64,000 nt of DNA. It comes from Candidatus Latescibacterota bacterium. GTDB lineage: Bacteria; Latescibacterota; UBA2968; GCA-2709665. Both the position numbers and the translations under genes were made by a program. The first letter of the stretch is position 1. Each line of letters begins with the position of its first letter. Below are positions 46,563 to 56,597 of this stretch, piece by piece. The DNA is taken from positions 3,520,001 to 3,584,000 of the forward strand of contig OZ252100.1 of NCBI GenBank assembly GCA_965248435.1, read 5' to 3'. A model generated the notes under the pieces. That model did not search any database, was not told the DNA's origin, and saw nothing but the letters and a program-made list of their open reading frames with translations.

Positions 46563-47627
46563 ATGAAGATCGCCACCTTGCTTTCCGGGGGCGTTGACAG
46601 CTCGGTCGCCTTGAGTATGATGGTGAACGAGGGCTGTCACGACATCACAGCCTATTATCTCAAGATTTGGCTCGAGGATGAACTCGCTTCACTTGGAGAG
46701 TGCCCGTGGGAGACAGACCTTGAATTCGCGAGGGCCGTCTGCGAAAAGCTGAGTGTTCCGCTCCAGGTCATCTCCCTCCAGTCGGAATACCTCGAGATGG
46801 TCGTCGGCCACGCCCTGGATGAGTTGAAGGCAGGGCGAACCCCGAGTCCCGACATTCTCTGCAATCAACGAGTCAAGTTTGGTGAGTTCCTGAGGCGGCT
46901 GGACGCTGACACGGATAAAGTCGTCTCCGGCCATTATGCCCGGGTCGAGAAGGATAATGGAAGCTATATCCTGCGGAGATCGCCGGACCCGGTCAAGGAT
47001 CAGACCTACTTTCTTTCCAATCTGAACCAGGAACAGTTGAGCCGATCCCATTTTCCGATCGGGCACCTCACGAAATCAGATGTGAGGGCGATGGCCAAGC
47101 GATTCGACCTCCCGACTCAGGACCGCAAGGACAGTCAGGGGATCTGCTTTCTGGGAAAGATACACTATCCTGATTTTGTGAGGTTTCATCTGGGTGAGAG
47201 AGAGGGACAGATCGTCGAATTGGAATCCAGCCTACGCCTCGGGAAGCACAGGGGGTTCTGGTTTTTCACGATCGGACAGCGTGAGGGCCTGGGCCTGAAC
47301 GCGGGGCCGTGGTACGTGGTCAAAAAGGACGCGATTACGAACACTGTCTATGTATCCCATAGGGACAATCGAGCCTCGCAAGCGAGGGATCGATTTAAGG
47401 TGGCTGACCTCAACTGGATTTCGGGGAGACCCGACCGAGAGGAACTTCAAGTCAAGATTCGACACGGACCCATGATGAGCGACTGCCACATCGAGCCGAC
47501 GGATGACAATCACCTCACCGCACAGATGTCCTGCGGGGACCCCGGCATCGCTCCGGGTCAGTTCGCGGTCTTCTACGACGGGGATATCTGTCTTGGAGGC
47601 GGCGTGATCGAATCCGTCGATGGTTGA
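46563..47627 (+). CDS. mnmA: tRNA 2-thiouridylase MnmA
   Basis: SGGVDS, TPSPDILCN, GHYA, KDQTYFL, DSQGICF, APGQFAVFY. Confidence 0.97.
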   Translation: MKIATLLSGGVDSSVALSMMVNEGCHDITAYYLKIWLEDELASLGECPWETDLEFARAVCEKLSVPLQVISLQSEYLEMVVGHALDELKAGRTPSPDILCNQRVKFGEFLRRLDADTDKVVSGHYARVEKDNGSYILRRSPDPVKDQTYFLSNLNQEQLSRSHFPIGHLTKSDVRAMAKRFDLPTQDRKDSQGICFLGKIHYPDFVRFHLGEREGQIVELESSLRLGKHRGFWFFTIGQREGLGLNAGPWYVVKKDAITNTVYVSHRDNRASQARDRFKVADLNWISGRPDREELQVKIRHGPMMSDCHIEPTDDNHLTAQMSCGDPGIAPGQFAVFYDGDICLGGGVIESVDG

Positions 47628-47682
47628 TCGTGCTCGAAATCTCTGGACCGCCTAAAGTTCATTGAAATAGAGGACTAAAGAC

Positions 47683-49026
47683 ATGGCAACCAAAGCAGCT
47701 GAAATAGCCCGCTCCCCCAAAGGTCAAGCGCTTTTCGACGAAGCTTCAAAGCTGATGCCCGGGGGCGCAGCCGCGTCGGTCAGGCTGAACAAGGCACTGG
47801 GGCGCACGGTCTACCACGCGAGAGGCGACGGGTCGAGGATCTGGGACGTGGATGGCAACGAATACGTCGATCTCTGCACATCCCACGGCGCGTCGATCCT
47901 CGGCCACAATCATCCACGGATCAGGGAGGCGATCGAGACGGCCCTGGATATGGGCATCATCTGTTCCGCAGAAACGGAGTATCACGTTGCCCTCGGTCGG
48001 AAGATCTCCGAAATGGTCCCGGGTGCGGAGATGGTGCGGCTCTCGGGAAGCGGTTCCGAGACGATCATGTACGCCGTCCGCCTTGCTCGGGCCTTTACAG
48101 GCCGGAAGAAACTGATCAAGTTCGAAGGGCATTTCCACGGAAACTATGACGGGGTTCACTGGAGCACAGGCCCGCCGCTCGATGACGCGGGACCCGAGAA
48201 CGCGCCCATCCCGTACTGCCAGTCCGCTGGCATGCTGGAAGGCGCTGAAGATCAGCTCGTGATCGTTCCATTCAATGACCTGAACGCCCTTGAACTGGCG
48301 ATTCGGAGTCACAAGGATGACCTTGCCGGTGTGATTCTGGAGCCGGTGAACTACGATGCGGGATGTATCCTGCCTCAGCCGGGTTACCTGGAGGCGGTCC
48401 GGGATTTGACGACCGAGAACGAGATCCTGATGATCTACGACGAAGTCCTTACCTCCTTCCGGATCGCACCGGGTGGGGCACAGGAATTCTACGGTGTGAT
48501 CCCGGACCTGGCGGTGCTGGGGAAGGCCACAGGAGGCGGGCTGCCGATGAGTGCGATTACCGGGAGACGGGAAGTGATGTCACACCTCCGTCCGCTGGGA
48601 GAAGCGGAGCACAGCGGGACCTACATGGGTCATCTTTTTGCCGTGATGGGTTCGCTGGCCTGTCTGACGGAGCTCTCTCAGCCGGGTGTCTTCCCTCGAC
48701 TCTTCTCGATGGGCGAGCGCCTTTACGAGGGGCTCGACAGGATCATTCGGGAAACAGGCGTTCGGGCGCGGCTGCAGCATCTGGGCCCCAGGTTTTTTAT
48801 CTACTTCGGCCTGGATCCGGATGAGGAAGTTTTGAATTACCGCGCCGCGGCTCGACACGATTCCGATAAGGTCCTCGCATTTTATCGGGAAGCGACGCAC
48901 CGGGGCGTCTACTTTCACGACTACAAGGGCGGGCTTGCGCACCACGGATTTTCTACCGCACATAGGGTGGAAGATATCGACGAGGCGTTGAACGGGATTG
49001 AAGACGCGTTCAAGGCGATAAGCTAG
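47683..49026 (+). CDS. Class III aminotransferase, glutamate-1-semialdehyde aminomutase-like
   Basis: SGSET, KFEGHFHG, DEVLTSFR, GKATGGGLP, HSGTY; divergent from true HemL. Confidence 0.85.
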   Translation: MATKAAEIARSPKGQALFDEASKLMPGGAAASVRLNKALGRTVYHARGDGSRIWDVDGNEYVDLCTSHGASILGHNHPRIREAIETALDMGIICSAETEYHVALGRKISEMVPGAEMVRLSGSGSETIMYAVRLARAFTGRKKLIKFEGHFHGNYDGVHWSTGPPLDDAGPENAPIPYCQSAGMLEGAEDQLVIVPFNDLNALELAIRSHKDDLAGVILEPVNYDAGCILPQPGYLEAVRDLTTENEILMIYDEVLTSFRIAPGGAQEFYGVIPDLAVLGKATGGGLPMSAITGRREVMSHLRPLGEAEHSGTYMGHLFAVMGSLACLTELSQPGVFPRLFSMGERLYEGLDRIIRETGVRARLQHLGPRFFIYFGLDPDEEVLNYRAAARHDSDKVLAFYREATHRGVYFHDYKGGLAHHGFSTAHRVEDIDEALNGIEDAFKAIS

Positions 49027-49129
49027 CCGTGCGACCAGGAGGGGTTGCCGATCGGATTGCGCCGATGTTCGGGATCGCGGCTAGGAAGCCTGGGTTCATC
49101 AGCGTATCTCCAATCCATTAAGGGAACCC

Positions 49130-49819
49130 GTGATGACTGATGAAACACGAGTCGATGGGCTGCGTCCAGGAGAAATACCTTCTTTGTGGCGGGCGCTCTC
49201 CGCGAACGAAGGGGCCGTTCAGCATCTGTTCAATGTTGTCGTGCCGGGTATGACGCCGGACGACTTGAAGGAGGAGTTTACGAAAGAGATCCGCAGACGC
49301 GGATTCTCGGGCGAGGTGTCGGGTGCCGCCTTCGTCGTGGGTGAGGGGGGTGTGGGTCCGAAGCTGCGGCTCAATCAGCCGCTCGCGGAGAACGACCTGT
49401 GGGGCATGGACTTTCAATTCGCCTGCGACGGCTTTTACTCAGATATCGGTCGCTACGCTGTCCAGGGCGAGCCGTCGCCCGAACGGTTGGCACGGCATGG
49501 CCGCATTCTGGAACTGGAGGACGCGATCGCGGAGGCGATCCGCCCGGGTCGGACGATTGCCGAGGCGCTTGAAAGCGGGCTGCCGCATCCTGACCTGCAG
49601 CCTCACGCCGGCGGGCATCGTGTCGGGCTGGAGATGCACGAACACCCCGAGTTTCCAGCCCAGGAGGATGAACGCGATCACCGCGCGATTCTGGGGACGG
49701 TAATGTGCGTCGAGATCTGGGCCGGTCTGGATGGCGGGATCGAAGACGAATTCCTGGTTACGGAGAACGGCCTTCAGCGACTGACCACCCTGCCGCGCGA
49801 ACTCGTCAACACGCTCTGA
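49130..49819 (+). CDS. M24 family metallopeptidase (catalytic domain only)
   Basis: MD..YSDIGR, GHRVGLEMHE, VE, IED metal-ligand motifs. Confidence 0.8.
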   Translation: MMTDETRVDGLRPGEIPSLWRALSANEGAVQHLFNVVVPGMTPDDLKEEFTKEIRRRGFSGEVSGAAFVVGEGGVGPKLRLNQPLAENDLWGMDFQFACDGFYSDIGRYAVQGEPSPERLARHGRILELEDAIAEAIRPGRTIAEALESGLPHPDLQPHAGGHRVGLEMHEHPEFPAQEDERDHRAILGTVMCVEIWAGLDGGIEDEFLVTENGLQRLTTLPRELVNTL

Positions 49820-49852
49820 TCTGGAAAAGCCCGACTCCGCTCGAGGTCCGCC

Positions 49853-51358
49853 GTGCGCATCGCCCTAGGTGGCATCTACCAGGAATCCCACTCGTTTTCC
49901 CCTGCCCCGACGACGCTCGACCAGTTCGTGGCAGGTCACCTCCTCAGAGGCGAGGAGGTCGTCGACAGGCTGAAGGGGATCAACCACGAAGTCGGTGGTG
50001 CCCTTGAAGCGGCCGCAGGGCACGAGATCGTCCCGCTTCTCCATGCTTCCACGGTTTCGTCCGGCCAGCCCATTCGCCGGGCAGTCTACGACGCCCTGTT
50101 CGAAGAGCTGCTGGACCGCCTCAAAGCGGCCCTTCCCGTGGACGGTGTTTTTCTCGCGATGCACGGTGCGATGGTGGCTGAACATTTCGATGACGCGACC
50201 GGACACCTGCTCAAGGCCGTGAGGGAGGTGACGGGCAACGATGTCCCGATTGTCGCGACACTCGACCTTCACGCCAACGTGACCCGCGAGATGGCGGCGA
50301 CGGCAGATGCGCTCGTCGGTTATCACACCTACCCGCACATCGACCAGGGAGACACGGGACGCCGTGGGATGTCTCTGTTGCTGGACATCGCAGCAGGGAA
50401 CGTCAAACCTGAGATGGCCCTGCGTCAGATCCCCATGGTGCTTCCCCCCGAAAACGGTCAGACCACGACGGGACCATACTCCGAGGTCATGCAGCAGGTT
50501 ATGGCGCTCGAGCAGGACCCGAATATCTCAGCTGCCTCGGTCTATCACGTGCAGCCCTGGCTCGATCTGCCGGAGATGGGTTGCAGCGTGGTGGTCGTCG
50601 CGAATCGAGACGCAGATCGTGCCCAGGCGGAGGCCGACCGTCTGGCCGTTGAGTTCTGGCGGCGACGGGAGGCGTTTGTGCCGGAGCTCGTCCCTGCGCA
50701 GGAGGCGATCGATCGTGCCCTGGCTGATGATCGACGTCCCTTCGTGTTCTCGGACTCGGCCGATTCCACGACTTCCGGCGCTCCGGGAGACAGCACGGTC
50801 CTCCTGAAGGCCCTGCTGGATCGGAAGGTCCAGGAGACCGCGCTGCTCAACATCGTGGATCCCCGTGCGGTCGCGGCGGCGATCGATGCGGGGGTCGGTG
50901 AAACCGTTGAGCTCACGGTCGGTGCGACATTCTCGAGGACGTTTTATGAGCCCGTCACCTTTACCGGAGTTGTAAAAGCTCTGTCCGACGGGAGGTTTCG
51001 TCACAAGGGCCCCGGGTTCAAGGGCTCCGAATTCCAAATGGGGCGCACGGCCGTGGTGGTTTCGGGAGGCATTCACCTCGTGATTATGGAGCAGACGGTG
51101 TTCCAGTGGGACCCTGAACTCTACCGGAGCCAGGGCCTGGAACCGGAAGACGCAAAGATCGTGGCCGTCAAGTCGCCCGCAGCCTTTCGGGCCGCATTCG
51201 CTCCGATCGCGGCGGAGATCCTCGTCCTGGAACTGCCCGGGGTGAGCAGCCCGGACCTGCAGTCCTTTCCGTGGGAACGGATCACCCACCCGATGTTTCC
51301 GTTCGACGATTCCGAAGATGAAACGTGGCTGGAAGGTGCTTTAAAAGTAAGCGGATGA
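49853..51358 (+). CDS. M81 family metallopeptidase (MlrC-like)
   Basis: QESHSFSP, MHGAM, LDLHAN, YPHID, GAPGD, AVKS. Confidence 0.92.
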   Translation: MRIALGGIYQESHSFSPAPTTLDQFVAGHLLRGEEVVDRLKGINHEVGGALEAAAGHEIVPLLHASTVSSGQPIRRAVYDALFEELLDRLKAALPVDGVFLAMHGAMVAEHFDDATGHLLKAVREVTGNDVPIVATLDLHANVTREMAATADALVGYHTYPHIDQGDTGRRGMSLLLDIAAGNVKPEMALRQIPMVLPPENGQTTTGPYSEVMQQVMALEQDPNISAASVYHVQPWLDLPEMGCSVVVVANRDADRAQAEADRLAVEFWRRREAFVPELVPAQEAIDRALADDRRPFVFSDSADSTTSGAPGDSTVLLKALLDRKVQETALLNIVDPRAVAAAIDAGVGETVELTVGATFSRTFYEPVTFTGVVKALSDGRFRHKGPGFKGSEFQMGRTAVVVSGGIHLVIMEQTVFQWDPELYRSQGLEPEDAKIVAVKSPAAFRAAFAPIAAEILVLELPGVSSPDLQSFPWERITHPMFPFDDSEDETWLEGALKVSG

Positions 51359-51368
51359 AGAGCGTGCC

Positions 51369-51851
51369 GTGAACGCTACGCTGAAGAATGGCAGTTCGAT
51401 CACGATTCGTTCCACGAGAGAGGATGACGGGGACGCATTGGGCCGGATGCACGAAGCGTGCTCGGAGCGCACCTACCAGACCTTTCATCCTTACCCACTT
51501 ACTTATGAATCGGGTATGGAGGTGGCGGCCAATGAGGATATCCTCTGCTTCATCGCCTTCGGTAGCGAGAGTGAAGCGGTCGGTTACAGCTGGATTCGCC
51601 ACAAGAGAGATGTTCCGTCGCTGGGTGTCTGCGTTCGCGACGGATGGCAGGGCCTGGGCGTCGGCCGTCTGCTTACGGAACGAGCGATCGCATGCGCGAG
51701 GGATCTGAAGAGAGAAGGGGTCCGTTTGACGGTGGTCAAGGAGAACGTGATCGGTGTTACGCTTTACAAGAGCCTTGGGTTCGTCGTGGACGGCGGGTTC
51801 ACGAACGATTGGGGACCGTCGCATCGCATGACGTTGAGGTTTGATCACTAG
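51369..51851 (+). CDS. GNAT acetyltransferase
   Basis: V..GWQGLGVG, LTV..N..LYKSLGF. Confidence 0.9.
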   Translation: MNATLKNGSSITIRSTREDDGDALGRMHEACSERTYQTFHPYPLTYESGMEVAANEDILCFIAFGSESEAVGYSWIRHKRDVPSLGVCVRDGWQGLGVGRLLTERAIACARDLKREGVRLTVVKENVIGVTLYKSLGFVVDGGFTNDWGPSHRMTLRFDH

Positions 51852-51868
51852 GATTGGAGGCGAACTTC

Positions 51869-52915
51869 ATGATCGTGAAAAAAGCCGATGACCTTCGCGA
51901 CCTGGTCAGGAGGATCTTCCTGGCTGCAGGTGCGGATGAGCGAAATGCGAGCGGAGTGGCCGAGCATCTCGTTCTTGCGAACCTGAGCGGCGTGGATACG
52001 CACGGCGTGATTCAAATTGGAGGTTACGTAGATTTCATCCGGAAGGAGCAGATCGTTCCCACGGCCTGGCCGGAGATCATCAAGGAGGGGCCAACGAGTG
52101 CGCTCGTTTCCGGAAACTGGACGTTCGGCCAGATAGCGGCGAAGTACACGATGGAGGTCGTGATTCAGAAGGCAAAGGAACAGGGCGTTGCCGTGGGGGG
52201 ACTGGTACAGTCTTACCACATCGGGAGGCTGGGTCATTTTGTGGAGATGGCGGCGCCTGAGGGTTTGATCGCGATGGTCTGGGGCGGTGGCTACGGCGCG
52301 GAGTCGCCCGTCGCGGTTCCCTTCGGTGGGAAGGAACGGGTACTGCACACGAATCCACTCTCGTTCGGGTTTCCGTTGAGCGATGGGAATCGGATGATGT
52401 TCGACTTTGCTACGACGGCCATTTCCGGCGTGAAGGTCCGAAACGCCTATCGCAGGAAAGAGACGCTTCCGCCAGGCTGCATCGTTGACAAGGATGGGAA
52501 TCCGAGCACAGACCCGGACGATTTCGAAAACGGAGGGGGTGCGCTTCCTTTCGGCGGCCACAAGGGGTACGCCCTGATGATGGCCTCGGAATACCTGGGT
52601 CGTATCTTCACCGGCGCGGACGCCCACGCGGACCCGAACCGAGGGGGCCCGATCATGAGGCGCCAGGGCGTGACGATGATCGCCTTCAAGGCGGATCAAT
52701 TCCAGGCGTTCGCAGACTATTCGAGCCGGGCCGATGAAATGGTGAAGAGGGTAAGGGAGATCCCGCCGGCTCCAGGTTTCGAGGAGGTGCTGGCACCCGG
52801 GGATCCCGAGGTCCGGACGCGCGCCGCTCGAGGGAAGGAAGGGATTCCGATCGCCGATGACGTTTGGGAGGAGATTGTGGAAACCGCTCGATCCTTGAAC
52901 GTCGACATCGACTAG
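51869..52915 (+). CDS. Ldh_2 family (malate/L-lactate/sulfolactate-type) dehydrogenase
   Basis: GVDTHG, HIGRLG, TNPLSFG, DFATT, LPFGGHKGY. Confidence 0.92.
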   Translation: MIVKKADDLRDLVRRIFLAAGADERNASGVAEHLVLANLSGVDTHGVIQIGGYVDFIRKEQIVPTAWPEIIKEGPTSALVSGNWTFGQIAAKYTMEVVIQKAKEQGVAVGGLVQSYHIGRLGHFVEMAAPEGLIAMVWGGGYGAESPVAVPFGGKERVLHTNPLSFGFPLSDGNRMMFDFATTAISGVKVRNAYRRKETLPPGCIVDKDGNPSTDPDDFENGGGALPFGGHKGYALMMASEYLGRIFTGADAHADPNRGGPIMRRQGVTMIAFKADQFQAFADYSSRADEMVKRVREIPPAPGFEEVLAPGDPEVRTRAARGKEGIPIADDVWEEIVETARSLNVDID

Positions 52916-52935
52916 CTGACAGGAGTGAGACTCCG

Positions 52936-53628
52936 ATGCGCGATAACCTTCCGTCCGAAGTCCTGGAGTCGTTGGGCCGGATCGACAGCGCGACGGTCGC
53001 CAATGCGATCGAACACTTCAAGGTTCGAGATCCGGTCACGGGCTACGCATCGATGGAGCTGGGCTGTCAGTTCCCCGATCTGAAGCCGATGGTCGGCTAC
53101 GCCGTCACCTGCACTGCGGATACGACGACGCCGGGAGATGACCGGCCGATGCGGATGCATGAGCTGCTGGATGCCATCCACGAGGCGTCGAAGCCGGCGG
53201 TGCTTGTCGTTCAATATGCAGGAAACGACCGGATGCGAAGCTGCAAGGCGGGAGACATGTTTTGTACGGCGCTTCAGAAGCTGGGGGTGGTGGGCCTGGT
53301 TACCGACATGGGGAACCGTGACTTGAAGGGCATTCAGGAGCGCGCACCGGGCTTTCAGGTGTTTTGTCCGGGTGTGGTTGTCTCTCACGGATACGGCGTC
53401 TATGTCGAGTTCAACACGACGGTTTCGGTCTGTGGTTTGACGGTAAGTCCCGGGGATCTGGTGCACGGGGATGACAACGGGGTCGTGCGGGTGCCCCTGG
53501 AGGTGGCGGAGCGGGTGGTCGAGCGTGCCAGAGAGGTGCAGAAGGAGGAGGCGGCCTATTTCGATTTCATGCGGAGCGATTCGTATAGCTACGAGGGGTT
53601 GAAGCAGCGCCTCGGGCGTAAAGATTGA
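52936..53628 (+). CDS. RraA/HMG aldolase family protein
   Basis: ATVANAIE, GYAVT, GNRD, PGDLVHGDDNGVV. Confidence 0.88.
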   Translation: MRDNLPSEVLESLGRIDSATVANAIEHFKVRDPVTGYASMELGCQFPDLKPMVGYAVTCTADTTTPGDDRPMRMHELLDAIHEASKPAVLVVQYAGNDRMRSCKAGDMFCTALQKLGVVGLVTDMGNRDLKGIQERAPGFQVFCPGVVVSHGYGVYVEFNTTVSVCGLTVSPGDLVHGDDNGVVRVPLEVAERVVERAREVQKEEAAYFDFMRSDSYSYEGLKQRLGRKD

Positions 53629-53639
53629 GGAGTTTCACG

Positions 53640-54514
53640 ATGGCTGGATTGAAATACTCAATCGTCGTGGATACGCTGGCGACGTTTGGGCTCAGCATCT
53701 GGGAGAAACCGCGCGAGGTGCTCGAGATGGTGGCGAACGCGGGATACGACGCCGTAGACTTCACCGCGGAACCCGACCGGATCGATCTAAAGGTCTATCG
53801 GGAGATCGCGGGCCCAGGTCCCTGGGTCTGGAAGTCGCAGCGCTGCTTGGAGCGTGGGCGACCTGGCACGCGGGGGAGCCAAGAGACCTGGCGTCGACGG
53901 ACGAAGAGGTCAGACGCCACGCGGTCGGCTATGCCTATAAATGCACTGAACTGGCAGCGGAGCTGAGTGTGCCGGTCTATGAGATCTGTTGTTGTGCCGC
54001 GGTACCGAAGTTTCCGGTTCCTGATGAGCCTATCAGTACAATCAGGAAAGGTTTCGTTGAGTCGGCTCGAGAGATCAGTCGCCAAGCGGCCGAGCGGGGT
54101 GTGAGGGTGGCTATGGAACCGGTCAACCGCTTCGAGGGCTATGCGGGGTTTATGAACAGCGTGGTTGATGCGGTGAGCGTGGCCGAAGAGGTCGACGCGG
54201 ACAACCTGGGGGTGATGGTGGACTTCTTCCACGCAAACATCGAAGATGTCTCGGTTCCCGATACGATTAAGCAGGCGGGTCAGAGGCTGATGTTGATCCA
54301 TCTGGCCGATAGCAACCGCCAGATGCCTGGCACGGGGCATATCGATTTCACTCGAGTGATCAGGGAACTCGGCGCGATAGACTTCCAGGGCTACCTTGCC
54401 CTGGATTGTCTGCCAGCCAGGCCTGACGCCAAGACCTATTTGGAGGACTCCATAGGCTACATGAAACAACTGGAGCAGATCGTTGGGCTGCAACAGAGGT
54501 TATACGGGGGCTGA
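53640..54514 (+). pseudogene. Sugar phosphate isomerase/epimerase (TIM barrel), frameshifted near 53811-53815
   Basis: N-terminus MAGLKYS..GYDAVD in one frame; SLGLEV..DLASTDEEVRR..EPVNRFE..DFFH..HLADSNR in another. Confidence 0.8.
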
Positions 54515-54549
54515 GATTGTGAGCACGAAACGGGTCTTGAGGGGATTAC

Positions 54550-55602
54550 ATGATCGTTAAACCTGCAGATGAACTGAGTGATTTGGTTGAGAAAATCTTC
54601 GTGGCTGCAGGTGCCGACGACGGGAACGCGAAGGTCGTCGCGGATCACCTGGTCCTGGCCAGCCTCAGCGGTGTGGATTCACACGGCGTGATAAAGGTGC
54701 CGAATTATATCGATTATGTGAAGAAGGGTGAGATCGTTCCGGACGCGAAGCCGGAGGTGCTGAGTGAGGGCCCAACCCGGGTCCTGGTGAAAGGCAACTG
54801 GACATTCGGCCACGTCGCGGCGGAGTTCGCGATGCGGGAGGGTATCGAGAAGGCCAGGTCTTCCGGGGTTGTGACCGTGGGCATCGTGGAGGCTCACCAC
54901 ATGGGTCGCATGGGGCATTTTACAGAGCTGGCGGCTTCAGAAGGGATGATCTCCATGGTCTGGATGGGAGGTCAGGGTGAGGACAACGGATTCGCGGTCC
55001 CTCACGGGGGGCGCGAACGCGCGAGCGGCCTCCACACGAACCCCATCTCCCTCGGGTTTCCGGCCGGAGACGGATGGCCGATGATGTTCGATTATGCGAC
55101 GACTCAGGTTGCGGGAACGAAGGTCTTGCTCGCGCGCGACCGCGGCGAGGCGCTGCCGCCAGGCTGTATCGTGGACAAGGCGGGGAACCCGAGCACCGAC
55201 CCGAACGATTTCTTTACCGGAGGCGGGATGCTCCCCTTCGGGGGGCACAAGGGATACGCGATGATGATGGCCACCGAGTTTCTGGGTCGCATCTTCACTG
55301 GGGCTGACGCCTTCTCCGAAACAGACCACGGTGGTGTCGTTTTTCGGCACCAGGGCGTTTCGATGATCGTCTTCCGGGCTGACCTCTTTCAGTCTTTCGA
55401 TAGCTATGAGGGGCGCGCGGAGGAGACGAGACACCGGGTCAGGTCGGTCGCGCCCGCCCCTGGGTTCGATGAGGTACTGGCGCCGGGTGATCTGGAGGGT
55501 CGAACACGGGTCACCCGTCAGCGGGACGGAATTCCTCTACGTGATGACGTCTGGGAGAAGATCGCAGAGACGGCCGAGTCGCTTGGCGTAGCAGTGGATT
55601 GA
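54550..55602 (+). CDS. Ldh_2 family dehydrogenase (second paralogue)
   Basis: GVDSHG, HMGRMG, TNPISLG, LPFGGHKGY; colinear with 51869-52915. Confidence 0.92.
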   Translation: MIVKPADELSDLVEKIFVAAGADDGNAKVVADHLVLASLSGVDSHGVIKVPNYIDYVKKGEIVPDAKPEVLSEGPTRVLVKGNWTFGHVAAEFAMREGIEKARSSGVVTVGIVEAHHMGRMGHFTELAASEGMISMVWMGGQGEDNGFAVPHGGRERASGLHTNPISLGFPAGDGWPMMFDYATTQVAGTKVLLARDRGEALPPGCIVDKAGNPSTDPNDFFTGGGMLPFGGHKGYAMMMATEFLGRIFTGADAFSETDHGGVVFRHQGVSMIVFRADLFQSFDSYEGRAEETRHRVRSVAPAPGFDEVLAPGDLEGRTRVTRQRDGIPLRDDVWEKIAETAESLGVAVD

Positions 55603-55624
55603 AAAGCGGGTGAAGCACATTGCG

Positions 55625-55653
55625 GTAGAGACGCCCCGCCGGGCCGCCTCTAC
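55625..55653. repeat. GTAG-type REP-like palindrome
   Basis: GTAGAGACGCCCCGCCGGGCCGCCTCTAC imperfect hairpin with GTAG/CTAC ends. Confidence 0.55.
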
Positions 55654-55668
55654 AGGTTAGGTATTCTG

Positions 55669-56478
55669 GTGATGGAATTATTGAAGGAAAAAATCTCGGT
55701 GGTTACTGGCGCGGGCCGGGGTATCGGGCGTGCCGTGGCCATCGGTATGGCGAATGAGGGGGCTACCGTCGTCCTGTCTGCGCGCAGCGCGGACGAGATA
55801 GAGGACGCTGCGGAAGAGATCCGCTCGAAGGGCGGACGCGCGCTGGCTGTTCAGGCCGACGTGGCGCAGCAGGAGAGCGTAGACGCCCTGTTCGAAAGGG
55901 TCGGGAAGGAGCTGGGAGACGCGGAAATCCTCGTGAACAATGCAGCCATCATAAGCAAGGAGATCGGCCTCCTGTGGGAGCTCGATCCGAACGACTGGCT
56001 GGACATGTTCAACGTGAACGTGATCGGGATGGTCCGGTGCGCCCGTGCGGTGCTTCCATCAATGATCGAGAAGCGATACGGCAAGATCATCATCGTGGGG
56101 TCGATCGCGGGTTACAAGGAAGGCTGGGCGCTGCGAAGTCACTCTCAGATGGGCTACGCGTTGACGAAGGCGGCGGCAAACCACTTCAGCAAGGTCCTCT
56201 CCGCCCAGGTCAGGAATTACGGCATCAATGTCAACTGTATCGGGGTAGGCGCGCACACGCGCCTGGGGTTTGCTGCGCGCCAAGAACTTGCGAGGAAGCG
56301 GGGCCAGCCTCCTCCCCCGAGTCCGGAAGCGCGACCCGACGAGGAACGCATAGAGCCAGAAGAAAACGTACCGCCGTTCATCTTTCTGGCGTCTCATCTT
56401 GCCGATCACATTACAGGAGAGTATATCGAGGCCAACATGATGACGGATGGCCAACGCAGAGGAATCAAAAGCCCGTAA
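55669..56478 (+). CDS. Short-chain dehydrogenase/reductase
   Basis: TGAGRGIG, NNAA, YALTK. Confidence 0.93.
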   Translation: MMELLKEKISVVTGAGRGIGRAVAIGMANEGATVVLSARSADEIEDAAEEIRSKGGRALAVQADVAQQESVDALFERVGKELGDAEILVNNAAIISKEIGLLWELDPNDWLDMFNVNVIGMVRCARAVLPSMIEKRYGKIIIVGSIAGYKEGWALRSHSQMGYALTKAAANHFSKVLSAQVRNYGINVNCIGVGAHTRLGFAARQELARKRGQPPPPSPEARPDEERIEPEENVPPFIFLASHLADHITGEYIEANMMTDGQRRGIKSP

Positions 56479-56480
56479 GG

Positions 56481-56583
56481 GGATTGCGGATTGCGGAGTG
56501 GGGATTGCGGAATAAAAGGCGGAAGGGCTGGTCTAAAACGCGTATTGGTTTCCATCCGCAATCCGAAATCGCAAATCCGCAAT
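56481..56583. repeat. Inverted array of 7-bp repeats (GGATTGC)n ... (GCAATCC)n
   Basis: ggattgc ggattgc ggagtgg ggattgc (56481-56508) and tccatcc gcaatcc gaaatcg caaatcc gcaat (56551-56583). Confidence 0.85.
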
Positions 56584-56597
56584 TGAATGAGGCCGCT

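Noticed and set aside
47683-49026. Naming this gene hemL
   Set aside because: It lacks the typical PGGVNSPVR and QAGTLSGNP motifs and has no tetrapyrrole context
55974-56597. 208-aa N-terminal extension of the hydrolase/OsmC ORF (614-aa call)
   Set aside because: It overlaps the SDR gene in another frame and crosses the heptamer repeat; the family N-terminus starts at ATG 56598
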